In this document: in pieces, positions 18,628 through 25,913 of the stretch
How positions within the stretch are numbered: the stretch's first letter is position 1
Layout: each line of letters opens with the position of its first letter
From: a virus
Taxonomy: Duplodnaviria; Caudoviricetes
Strand: one strand, 5' to 3'
Length of the DNA: 38,717 nucleotides
IMG/VR virus record: IMGVR_UViG_3300035542_000088
Span: 1 to 38,717 of that record
Notes under the pieces: model-generated
The model's input: the letters and a program-made list of their open reading frames with translations, nothing else
Databases searched by the model: none
Told to the model about the DNA's origin: nothing
Program-made: the position numbers and the translations under genes

Positions 18628-18864
18628 ATGAGAACGAATGAAGAAATTATTGCATCACTCAAAAAGGCATTGCTTAAGGGGATTGAATCGGCAAGCCATC
18701 TCGAACGGTACAAACTCGAATATATCGACGTAAACATTTCTGTGTGCCCTGGCGAACCTCCTCTTTTTGAGGGCAAGGGTTGCAATGCCGCCGAACTTTG
18801 GCAACTCATTGGAGATTTTGAAAGGCTGTCCAACGCCCAAGCTCAACCTGAGCGAGCGGAGTGA
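18628..18864 (+). CDS. cassette A hypothetical protein (may start at GTG 18550 inside attC a)
   Basis: Bracketed by GTTGGACA 18615 / TGTCCAAC 18827; reads through into attC b. Confidence 0.6.
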   Translation: MRTNEEIIASLKKALLKGIESASHLERYKLEYIDVNISVCPGEPPLFEGKGCNAAELWQLIGDFERLSNAQAQPERAE

Positions 18865-18891
18865 GCGATAGGATGAAGCGGCTGGTTCGAT
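18828..18891 (-). other. attC-like site b
   Basis: AAC-GCCCAA-GCTCAACCT...T-AGGATG-A-AGC-GGCTG-GTT. Confidence 0.75.
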
Positions 18892-18907
18892 TCCAGAAAG
18901 GTTGAAT

Positions 18908-19225
18908 ATGGATTACAAGTTCAAAAAATTTACAGGTCAGCATGGTCGGCGGCACTACGGTAGCTACATCCGCATTCAGAAAAACGGAAGGATTTACGTT
19001 TCACAGATGGCGCGGGATCGCCTTGGAAAAACAATTGATGTTTTCCTCGACCACACAGACAAGCTGATTGGTTTAAAAGACGGGGATATGTTCAAGATCT
19101 ACGGCTCCGGTTCATTCTGTTCGGCATCTCTTGTGGATGCGATTTCAGCGAGGCGCGGAACCGTCATAAACCTCTCTTGGAGAGATGACGTTGATATGTT
19201 GGTCGGAAGGTGGATTGAGGAATAA
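18908..19225 (+). CDS. cassette B hypothetical protein
   Basis: Bracketed by GTTCGATT 18885 / AATCGAAC 19224; the TAA stop overlaps the inverse core. Confidence 0.7.
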   Translation: MDYKFKKFTGQHGRRHYGSYIRIQKNGRIYVSQMARDRLGKTIDVFLDHTDKLIGLKDGDMFKIYGSGSFCSASLVDAISARRGTVINLSWRDDVDMLVGRWIEE

Positions 19226-19336
19226 TCGAACGCTACAGAACAGCGGCGAGTGGATTGACAAAATGACTACAAGCGAACACACAGATTTAAAAGCAACCGG
19301 CGCGGGTAACTCGTACGCTGATTCTGCTGGTTGTGC
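19225..19336 (-). other. attC-like site c (loop contains the start of the radical SAM gene)
   Basis: AAC-GCTACA-GAACAGCGGCGAGT...ACTCG-T-ACGCTG-A-TTC-TGCTG-GTT; 13/14 pairs once the two bulged bases are removed. Confidence 0.8.
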
Positions 19337-20210
19337 AAGGCTCGCAAGAGTTTTCGCAAGACGTACGAAGGCAACGCCCGTTGATGATTGTGCCTTCGAT
19401 AATCGTTACACTCCCGGCCTGTTCGACGAGTTCGACAAGGTGCATATCAGCGTTGCCTTCACATGGGATTGTGCGGAGGCGGAACGGCTGGCGAATCTGT
19501 GGGCTCCGGTTTGTGGGCCGAATAACGTGACGATCGGGGGCCCTGCGTTTGGCGACCCGGGCGGCGAGTTTGTGCCTGGGATGTACATCAAGAAAGGTTA
19601 CACCATCACAAGCCGAGGCTGTCCGAATGCGTGTTGGTTCTGCCAAGCATGGCGGTCTGAGGGCCGGGTGATTCGGGAACTTGAGATCAAACCCGGATGG
19701 AACATTTTGGACAATAACCTGCTTGCGTGCTCAGACGGACATGTGAAGGCAGTGTTCAACATGCTTGAGGTGCAGCCGGAGAAACCACGATTTACGGGTG
19801 GACTCGAAGCAGCCCGGCTGGAGCCATGGCATTGCGAAAGACTGGCCAGCCTGAAGCCGAAAGTTATGTGGTTTGCGTACGACGAAGCGAAAGACCGCGA
19901 GCCGCTCCTACGTGCCGGACGTTTGCTCAACGAATACGGGTTAATCAACGCGAGCAACATAGCCCGCTGTTATGTCTTGTGCGGATACGAAGGCGACACG
20001 TTTGAGGCCGCCGAAGATCGTTTAAATGAAGCGATGGATGCGGGCTTTCTGCCGATGGCGATGGTGTTCAACAAAAGGCACGGGAAGGAACAGGAGCGGG
20101 AATGGGCTCGGTTTCAAAGAGAATGGGCATCCCCCATCATTGTGGGATCGAAGAAACAAAAACGTGCTCCTGTTCCGAGGATGCACAACAGCGGAATAGG
20201 TGGAAAATGA
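19263..20210 (+). CDS. radical SAM protein (cassette C)
   Basis: ITSRGCPNACWFC (CxxxCxxC), LDNNLL, FTGGLEA, FAYD, CYVLCGY; bracketed by GTTGTGCA 19330 / TGCACAAC 20182. Confidence 0.85.
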   Translation: MTTSEHTDLKATGAGNSYADSAGCARLARVFARRTKATPVDDCAFDNRYTPGLFDEFDKVHISVAFTWDCAEAERLANLWAPVCGPNNVTIGGPAFGDPGGEFVPGMYIKKGYTITSRGCPNACWFCQAWRSEGRVIRELEIKPGWNILDNNLLACSDGHVKAVFNMLEVQPEKPRFTGGLEAARLEPWHCERLASLKPKVMWFAYDEAKDREPLLRAGRLLNEYGLINASNIARCYVLCGYEGDTFEAAEDRLNEAMDAGFLPMAMVFNKRHGKEQEREWARFQREWASPIIVGSKKQKRAPVPRMHNSGIGGK

Positions 20211-20221
20211 CCGCACAAAAT

Positions 20222-20315
20222 ATCGATTAGATGAGGTTGAGAAACCGAGGAGAAAACTATGAGTAAAGAAAAAGATTCGGGCGAGGTTCCGATAGCCTCT
20301 ATTGACTGGTTACCA
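20222..20315 (-). other. degenerate attC-like site d (loop holds RBS and ATG of the Lar-like gene)
   Basis: Right arm T-AGCCTC-T-ATT-GACTG-GTT(20309) pairs imperfectly with GATGAGGTTGAGAAACC; no AAC at the left end (ATC at 20222). Confidence 0.55.
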
Positions 20316-20504
20316 TGTCCTTTTTGTGGCACATGCAACCCCATTCGGGGAGAAAACACAAGTGGCGATATTGCCTCGCTATTCAATTTCTGGGTGGAGT
20401 GTCGCAATGAAGAGTGCGCCGCCGAAATAACAGCGCCTACGGAATTGGAGTGCGCGAAGCGTTGGAACAAAAGGACTGCTAACAGAGGGATAGGAGAAAA
20501 ATGA
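20259..20504 (+). CDS. Lar-family restriction alleviation-like Zn-finger protein (cassette D)
   Basis: LPCPFCG...WVECRNEECAA...KRWNKR; cores GTTACCA 20309 / TGCTAAC 20477 (6/7). Confidence 0.75.
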   Translation: MSKEKDSGEVPIASIDWLPCPFCGTCNPIRGENTSGDIASLFNFWVECRNEECAAEITAPTELECAKRWNKRTANRGIGEK

Positions 20505-20505
20505 A

Positions 20506-21135
20506 ATGAAAATATTAATAGGGTGTGAAGAAAGCCAAGCCGTCTGCATTGAGTTTAGAAAACTAGGTCATGAGGCATATTCCTGCGATTTGCAAGATTG
20601 CTCAGGCGATCACCAGGAATGGCATCTGAAAATGGACGTGTTCGAGGCGATAAGATCCAATGAATGGGACATGGGCATCTTCTTTCCAACGTGTACCTAC
20701 CTTACGGTTAGCGCAAATAAATGGTACAAAGATCAGCCTGCGCGAAAAAGTGGCGCGTTGGTTGGTGCTGAACGCAGAGCGGCAAGGGAAAGCGCGATTG
20801 ACTTTTTCTTGCGACTATACAACAGCGAAATCCCGAAAGTTGGAATCGAGAACCCAATAGGGTGTATGAGTACTCGATTCCGCAAGCCAGATCAGGTGTT
20901 GCAACCTTGGATGTTTGGCCACGGCGAAACAAAGGCAACGTGTCTATGGCTTCGCGGGTTGCCAAAACTTGTGCCGACAGATGTGGTCGAAGGAAGAGAA
21001 CAACGGCTTCACTATCTTCCGAAAACCGCAGACAGGGCAAAGCTTCGCTCAAAAACCTACCCAGGTATTGCACGAGCGATGGCAGAGCAATGGGGTAAAT
21101 CGAACAGCGGAATAGATGTAAAATACAACGACTAA
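20506..21135 (+). CDS. phage DNA cytosine-methyltransferase-like protein
   Basis: KILIGCEESQAV...AYSCDL, FPTCTYL (PC-like), IENP, KATCLWL, RSKTYPGIARAMAEQWG. Confidence 0.75.
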   Translation: MKILIGCEESQAVCIEFRKLGHEAYSCDLQDCSGDHQEWHLKMDVFEAIRSNEWDMGIFFPTCTYLTVSANKWYKDQPARKSGALVGAERRAARESAIDFFLRLYNSEIPKVGIENPIGCMSTRFRKPDQVLQPWMFGHGETKATCLWLRGLPKLVPTDVVEGREQRLHYLPKTADRAKLRSKTYPGIARAMAEQWGKSNSGIDVKYND

Positions 21136-21208
21136 CATGACTTTCGGTGCGCGAAACATCGACCGTGCACCGGACGTTTTCACCGTAAAGTCGATGGACT
21201 GGTTCGAT
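21123..21208 (-). other. attC-like site e (best preserved)
   Basis: AAC-GACTAA-CATGACTTTCGGTG...CACCG-T-AAAGTC-G-ATG-GACTG-GTT: arms pair perfectly except for the extrahelical T (21186) and G (21193). Confidence 0.85.
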
Positions 21209-21219
21209 TGGAGCATCAA

Positions 21220-21477
21220 ATGAAAACAAGATTATATGATGAATACATAAGACGTTTGCTCGAAGTAAATGATGAAAACAAAACAGAAGATGAACATCGC
21301 TTGATTGAGCGTGAGTTTCGCGGATGGCTCAAGGGCGTTGAAGATGCGAAAGACTACAGATTCAATGGGGACTATTACTACATCGAAAAATTTGACTCAG
21401 GAGAATTACCAGAACGTCCGCTATGTTGCGGAGTGTTTCTTGACTGGAAATCGAACAGAGGGATAGGTGGAAAATGA
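21220..21477 (+). CDS. cassette E hypothetical protein
   Basis: Bracketed by GTTCGATT 21202 / AATCGAAC 21449; GGAG RBS. Confidence 0.7.
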   Translation: MKTRLYDEYIRRLLEVNDENKTEDEHRLIEREFRGWLKGVEDAKDYRFNGDYYYIEKFDSGELPERPLCCGVFLDWKSNRGIGGK

Positions 21478-21710
21478 CCGCACAAAATATCGATAGTAGG
21501 GTTAGCTGGCCTCCGTATGATGAAATCGACGGAGAAACGCAGCAACTTATGTATTTGGTTGAGGAAGATTGGTATTGGGCGTGGCCCGGCTGGCAACATA
21601 TTGCCGATAGACTCAATGCGGAATACGGCAACAAAAGAACACCCCAATCATGCCGCGCCAAATACGGCAGGGTCAAAGCGCAGATACTAGAAGAGTACGA
21701 AGACAGCTAA
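21474..21710 (+). CDS. cassette F protein, Myb/HTH-like
   Basis: WQHIADRLNAEYGNKRTPQSCRAKY; bracketed by GTTAGCTG 21501 / CAGCTAAC 21704, with the stop inside the core. Confidence 0.7.
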   Translation: MTAQNIDSRVSWPPYDEIDGETQQLMYLVEEDWYWAWPGWQHIADRLNAEYGNKRTPQSCRAKYGRVKAQILEEYEDS

Positions 21711-21733
21711 CAGCGGAATAGGAGAAAAATGAA

Positions 21734-21919
21734 ATGAAAATGAAGCCGTTTAAAGCATGGGCTCTTATAGACCGAAGTGACGGACAAGCATTCTATTGTT
21801 ACAGTAATCGTGGCGTGCGCCATCTGGGAATCTTCGTTACGCGGGCGTCAGCACGCAAAGCAAAAAGAGATGATCAATCTGTTGCAAGAGTTGAGATCAG
21901 AGAGGTACAGGAATTATGA
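21734..21919 (+). CDS. hypothetical protein
   Basis: AGGAG RBS supplied by the repeated AAC-AGCGGAATAGG site. Confidence 0.6.
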   Translation: MKMKPFKAWALIDRSDGQAFYCYSNRGVRHLGIFVTRASARKAKRDDQSVARVEIREVQEL

Positions 21920-22101
21920 ACACAACATTAACAGATAACGATCAAATAGATATATCAGAAAAGGATCGTTTGATTGAAGCAGAGGAAATTCTTTCGTTTT
22001 TATCAGGCGGTTATTGGGTATCAATTTTAAATGAAGCCGACGCTCCGGTTAATTTAAAAATCGGCGACAGAATTATGAATTATTGGAGAAAATTTAAATG
22101 A
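21916..22101 (+). CDS. hypothetical protein
   Basis: ATGA overlaps. Confidence 0.55.
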   Translation: MNTTLTDNDQIDISEKDRLIEAEEILSFLSGGYWVSILNEADAPVNLKIGDRIMNYWRKFK

Positions 22102-22260
22102 AAACTCATAAAATAGGATGGCTGAATATTCCAGGTTATATCCCCGAAACATGGAATCCGATTGTCGGATGCGCCAAGATCAGTCCGGGGTGCGAGCATT
22201 GCTATGCCGAGCGGATGGCTAATCGGCAGGCGGTGGCATGAGTTTCCATCAATCAAATAA
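22098..22260 (+). pseudogene. internally deleted Gp37/Gp68 (DUF5131)-like gene
   Basis: KIGW...[28 protein letters not shown]-terminus fused out of frame to the family's C-terminal WHEFP. Confidence 0.75.
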
Positions 22261-22318
22261 CGCCCACAGCAGCCCGTAGACGTCAAATACGCCCGTAGGC
22301 TGGTAAGGATAAGGCTCA

Positions 22319-22606
22319 ATGAAGAAACACGTCAGAGCGGCCCTTGAGGCAAGGAATTTAACCGGTTGTGAGGAATGGCCATGCGAGATATGCGGAAAAC
22401 TGAAAATTCTTCGTGGTATGCAGGTTCATCACATTATTCCCAAGGGAATGGGCGGAAGGTCAAATGCGGATATACCTGAAAATCTAATCATTTGCTGTCA
22501 TGTCTGCCATGCAGAAGCACACAAAGGAAGTCCTTCGCAGGATATTCTTCTTGAACAGGTAGGAAAAATTCTTAAAATAACCGGAGAAAGGACAGATCAT
22601 GAGTGA
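22319..22606 (+). CDS. HNH endonuclease
   Basis: CEICG...VHHIIPKGMGG...ENLIICCHVCHAEAH. Confidence 0.85.
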   Translation: MKKHVRAALEARNLTGCEEWPCEICGKLKILRGMQVHHIIPKGMGGRSNADIPENLIICCHVCHAEAHKGSPSQDILLEQVGKILKITGERTDHE

Positions 22607-22787
22607 CAAAGATTTTTGCTGGATATGCGGAAAACCAAAGGATGATCCGCGATTTGCTCAGAATATCGCCCGTGACATGAGTAATGATGCGTATTTGGCA
22701 CATCACTCAAACTCCAGCAACAAGTTCCCAGACATCGCTAACCGGGCCATGATGCTCTGGGGGCATGAGTTTCCATCAATCAATTAA
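22599..22787 (+). CDS. chimeric small ORF
   Basis: 5' part duplicates 24136-24173; 3' end duplicates 22235-22256. Confidence 0.45.
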   Translation: MSDKDFCWICGKPKDDPRFAQNIARDMSNDAYLAHHSNSSNKFPDIANRAMMLWGHEFPSIN

Positions 22788-22914
22788 AATTTAACGGGGA
22801 GAATTCCAGGCGGAATGAAAATAGAAATGTTGACAACTGTTCTTACCAATCCGTCCCGGCGGCAGATGTCTCCGGCTCCCCTCCATTTTGTAATAAAAAA
22901 GAATTGAATAAAAT

Positions 22915-23121
22915 ATGTCCGAACTATCAAAACTGAATGCATCACATCAGGGCCAGTGCGACCGGCTGCTTGGTCTGCTTGGAGTTGATATCAGAGACCG
23001 GGACGAAAAGGAGCGGATGCGAATGCTGGATCGCTGGATAACCGGTCTCGGTACAACGGAAGAAGCATCGATTAAATTGAAATCATTAAAATCGATTCCT
23101 AATGATTCTGATAAAAAATAA
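22915..23121 (+). CDS. hypothetical protein
   Basis: 68 aa ORF. Confidence 0.55.
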   Translation: MSELSKLNASHQGQCDRLLGLLGVDIRDRDEKERMRMLDRWITGLGTTEEASIKLKSLKSIPNDSDKK

Positions 23122-23139
23122 TAAGAAAGACAAATTGAT

Positions 23140-23979
23140 ATGAGCACATTTCTTGGATACAAAGGTAAAAAGAACGCTGTAATTTATAATACCGGAGACT
23201 GGCATGTTGGTTCAATAGCATTCAATGAAGCCGCTGCTCTTAAGCTGATTAATATGATCATCGAAGACGATGCTTATGTAACGTTCGGTGGAGATGCTAT
23301 TGAAGGGAAGCCCGCGAGGTCGAATCATTTTGACCCGCATTCATTGAAAAAAGACATGCTCACAATAGATCGTCAAATTGATTATTTCTGTGATCTGATC
23401 CGTCCGATTAAAAACAATTTTCTTCTTATTCAGATGGGAAATCATGAGCTGTATTTATTGCCGGACATGAACGTAACCGTAAATATATGTGAAAATCTTG
23501 ATATTGATGTGTACGGGGATTATCAGTCATGGGTTGAGTTCGGCGAGGTTACAATGCACTTTTGGCACGGAAGGCCGGTAATGCCAAGGGGGGCCAAAGA
23601 CCCCATTCAGCGGGAAGCCAATCAGAAGGCATGGCTTAAAAACAAACTGTATCCCCTGTCTGGATCAGCTCAGGCACAATATATGGCGCACACACATCAT
23701 TGCTTAATTGTCCCCCCGATTGAACAATATGCTCTTTTAAATCACGGGGATGATGTCCATGGGGAGTATTTTATAGAACAGGTCAGGGAGATTAACGGTA
23801 ATGTTTGGGTTCCTCCCGATGCCCGCTGGTATGTCAACACCGGAACGTTAAGACGAGGAGGAGGATTTAAACATATGGATTACAGCGAAATAAGCGGATA
23901 TTCTCCACCGGCTATTTCCTGTACACGCACAGAGATAAAAAACAATCGCATATATAATATAAAAAAAGTGATGCTGTAA
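23140..23979 (+). CDS. calcineurin-like metallophosphoesterase
   Basis: GDWHVG, GGDAIE, GNHE, WHG, AHTH and NTGT motifs. Confidence 0.88.
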   Translation: MSTFLGYKGKKNAVIYNTGDWHVGSIAFNEAAALKLINMIIEDDAYVTFGGDAIEGKPARSNHFDPHSLKKDMLTIDRQIDYFCDLIRPIKNNFLLIQMGNHELYLLPDMNVTVNICENLDIDVYGDYQSWVEFGEVTMHFWHGRPVMPRGAKDPIQREANQKAWLKNKLYPLSGSAQAQYMAHTHHCLIVPPIEQYALLNHGDDVHGEYFIEQVREINGNVWVPPDARWYVNTGTLRRGGGFKHMDYSEISGYSPPAISCTRTEIKNNRIYNIKKVML

Positions 23980-24245
23980 TGCCGTTTACTCCGCAGGAAA
24001 AAAGGGAATACAGGATTAAAATTAAAGAGCGAGGCCTGTGCACAAGGTGTTACAAAAACAAATCTTTAAAAGGTCATTCTCTATGCAGAGAATGTATTGA
24101 TTATTGTTCAAAACGATACAGAGAATGGGATAGAAATTTTTGCTGGATATGCGGAAAACCAAAGGATGATCCGACAAAAACAAAATGCGTTAACTGCACA
24201 CAAATAAACAGTTTTAAACAAAGCATGAGGCGGAGTAGAATATGA
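23979..24245 (+). CDS. Cys-rich Zn-binding protein
   Basis: Four CxxC pairs (CTRC, CREC, CWIC, CVNC); last plus-strand gene. Confidence 0.7.
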   Translation: MPFTPQEKREYRIKIKERGLCTRCYKNKSLKGHSLCRECIDYCSKRYREWDRNFCWICGKPKDDPTKTKCVNCTQINSFKQSMRRSRI

Positions 24246-24349
24246 TTATTTATTCTCTTTATTGGTGCCTCTATACCAGTCGCGCCACAGATACAGGGCA
24301 TCCCGCAGCCAGATACGAATGATTTTAAACAGATTTTTAGGTGTTCGTC

Positions 24350-24622
24350 TCATTTCTCCGACACCGACTCCGCGTCATAGACCACCAGCGTTCCCGGCAG
24401 AACATATATCGGCCCGGTGCGGGTATCGGTAGCGGCATCCACCAGGTCAGTAAGCCACAATCCCTCAGGAGGGATCTGATAGACCGCCTGCGGATTGAAT
24501 ACGCTCTCACTGTTTTTCTTCATCGCCGTTTCCGCTTTCGCGTACGTTTTTGAGGCGCTCACGCAACCGTTGAGCAACAGCATCATGATCAGAATTATCG
24601 GAAGCAATTGTAACTTTTTCAC
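24350..24622 (-). CDS. lipoprotein, putative o-spanin (Rz1-like)
   Basis: MKKLQLLPIILIMMLLLNG-C lipobox; overlaps the upstream TM gene. Confidence 0.6.
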   Translation of the reverse strand: MKKLQLLPIILIMMLLLNGCVSASKTYAKAETAMKKNSESVFNPQAVYQIPPEGLWLTDLVDAATDTRTGPIYVLPGTLVVYDAESVSEK

Positions 24623-24719
24623 TCTGTGCCTTCTTGTATTTTTTCCACTTGAAATAAACCGGAATCGCCGCGCCGATCAGCGTGACAATCCCGGTCAATA
24701 TGGTTATCAGTGCGTTCAT
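24507..24719 (-). CDS. N-terminal TM protein, putative i-spanin (Rz-like)
   Basis: Hydrophobic N-terminus followed by a charged helix; Rz/Rz1-style overlap. Confidence 0.5.
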   Translation of the reverse strand: MNALITILTGIVTLIGAAIPVYFKWKKYKKAQSEKVTIASDNSDHDAVAQRLRERLKNVRESGNGDEEKQ

Positions 24720-24728
24720 GACGCATCC

Positions 24729-25133
24729 TTACTCTGCAGATTCTGCATCCGTATCAGCTTCATCCTCTTTGGAGAAGAATTTCTTATCCAGCAGGATGTA
24801 AACATAACCAACCGCCTTCAGGGCATAGCCGGACAGCGCTTCAACTTTAACCTCGGTAGAATCTGAAGTGATGTCAAATCCTGCGGCAAATCCGGTTGTG
24901 AAATCAAGTGTTTCCTGATCATCGAATCCGTCACTGATTTTTTCAGCCAGCTCTGCGCTGTCGCTGTATGCACCGGCCAGCACTCCGGCGCATTTCTTGG
25001 CAATCGTCCACCATTCCGCGCCGGAAATCTTCCCGTCATCGGTGGCGTTCCAGATACTCGCCACCATCGCCCCTGCCTTCTCCCCGGCATCGTACAATAC
25101 CGAACTTGTGTCGGCAATTGATTCTTCACTCAT
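24729..25133 (-). CDS. hypothetical acidic protein in the lysis region
   Basis: AAGGAG RBS; DDGKISGAEW. Confidence 0.65.
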   Translation of the reverse strand: MSEESIADTSSVLYDAGEKAGAMVASIWNATDDGKISGAEWWTIAKKCAGVLAGAYSDSAELAEKISDGFDDQETLDFTTGFAAGFDITSDSTEVKVEALSGYALKAVGYVYILLDKKFFSKEDEADTDAESAE

Positions 25134-25157
25134 GATTTTCTCCTTGTTGTTTATTTT

Positions 25158-25409
25158 TCAGTCAATCAATCCGATTGCATCCTCAACCGTGATCGTTTCG
25201 TAAAAACTCAGATCAGATCCCGGGGTCATTCCGGCAAACCACGAACCGTCTGCCGGGTCATTTTCGACGAAGAGTGCGGTTAACGCTCCGGGGAAAATAT
25301 CCGTGCCTCCTCCAACCGGTTTATATCCTGCGTCAATCAGCTTCTGCTGAGCCGCGATTGATTCCTCTTCGCTCTCAACCAATATAATTTTCCAGATATT
25401 GTTGCTCAT
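25158..25409 (-). CDS. hypothetical protein
   Basis: AGGAGG RBS. Confidence 0.6.
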   Translation of the reverse strand: MSNNIWKIILVESEEESIAAQQKLIDAGYKPVGGGTDIFPGALTALFVENDPADGSWFAGMTPGSDLSFYETITVEDAIGLID

Positions 25410-25508
25410 TACACGGCCTCCTTTTATGTTTCGTATCCCTTGTATCGTCCGTAAAATTCCATAGGCTCTTCACCTGTTCTTAACATCCTGCGTGCATAGT
25501 GCCGTTCC

Positions 25509-25700
25509 TTACGAGCCTTCAGGCGCTTCAAGTCCCTGTGGTACAACCCGTCCTGACGGGGAGAGCACTGTTCTACTTTCCAAGGTTTCATTATTTTCAG
25601 CCCTTCCTGTTAACCACACCGGAGGATATCGTCCCCCGCACTGAATGCAAGTAAATTCCGTATCCAGCTTACCGCCGCACGCTGGGCATTTGTTCTGCAT
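25509..25700 (-). CDS. Zn-ribbon hypothetical protein
   Basis: CPACG...CIQCG; AGGAG RBS. Confidence 0.55.
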   Translation of the reverse strand: MQNKCPACGGKLDTEFTCIQCGGRYPPVWLTGRAENNETLESRTVLSPSGRVVPQGLEAPEGS

Positions 25701-25706
25701 TGCTCC

Positions 25707-25892
25707 TCACTGCTGGTTTTTGTGAAATATGTCCTCATGGACTTTTATTTTGTAGTTGACGAACTCTTCGGTTGCGTAGTCTTTAAGAGATTTATCAATC
25801 GTGTTTTCAATTGTCATTTTGCAGATCCAGCCGAGGAACGCCCCCACCACCGAAACCGCCGCCGCTCCTGCCGCTACTGCCTGCCAATCCAT
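25707..25892 (-). CDS. small membrane protein (holin/haemolysin-like candidate)
   Basis: One N-terminal TM helix with a charged C-terminus; GGAG RBS. Confidence 0.5.
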   Translation of the reverse strand: MDWQAVAAGAAAVSVVGAFLGWICKMTIENTIDKSLKDYATEEFVNYKIKVHEDIFHKNQQ

Positions 25893-25913
25893 GTTTTTCT
25901 CCGGTTAAATTAT

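Larger units (their letters stand above)
18535..21730. mobile_element. integron-like gene cassette array (attC sites, no integrase in window)
   Basis: attC-like hairpins with conserved extrahelical-base spacing; genes bracketed by complementary GTTnnnnn/nnnnnAAC cores. Confidence 0.8.

Noticed and set aside
20187-21730. Repeated AACAGCGGAATAG motif as a CRISPR array
   Set aside because: Spacing is gene-sized and irregular, the repeats are short, and there are no cas genes.
22795-22885. GGGGAG...CTCCCC-TCCA segment as a tRNA
   Set aside because: No T-loop (TTCRA) or D-arm; only a terminal stem is evident.
11069-24245. A phage-encoded integron integrase or other tyrosine recombinase
   Set aside because: No ORF of suitable size shows the R...HxxR...Y catalytic pattern.
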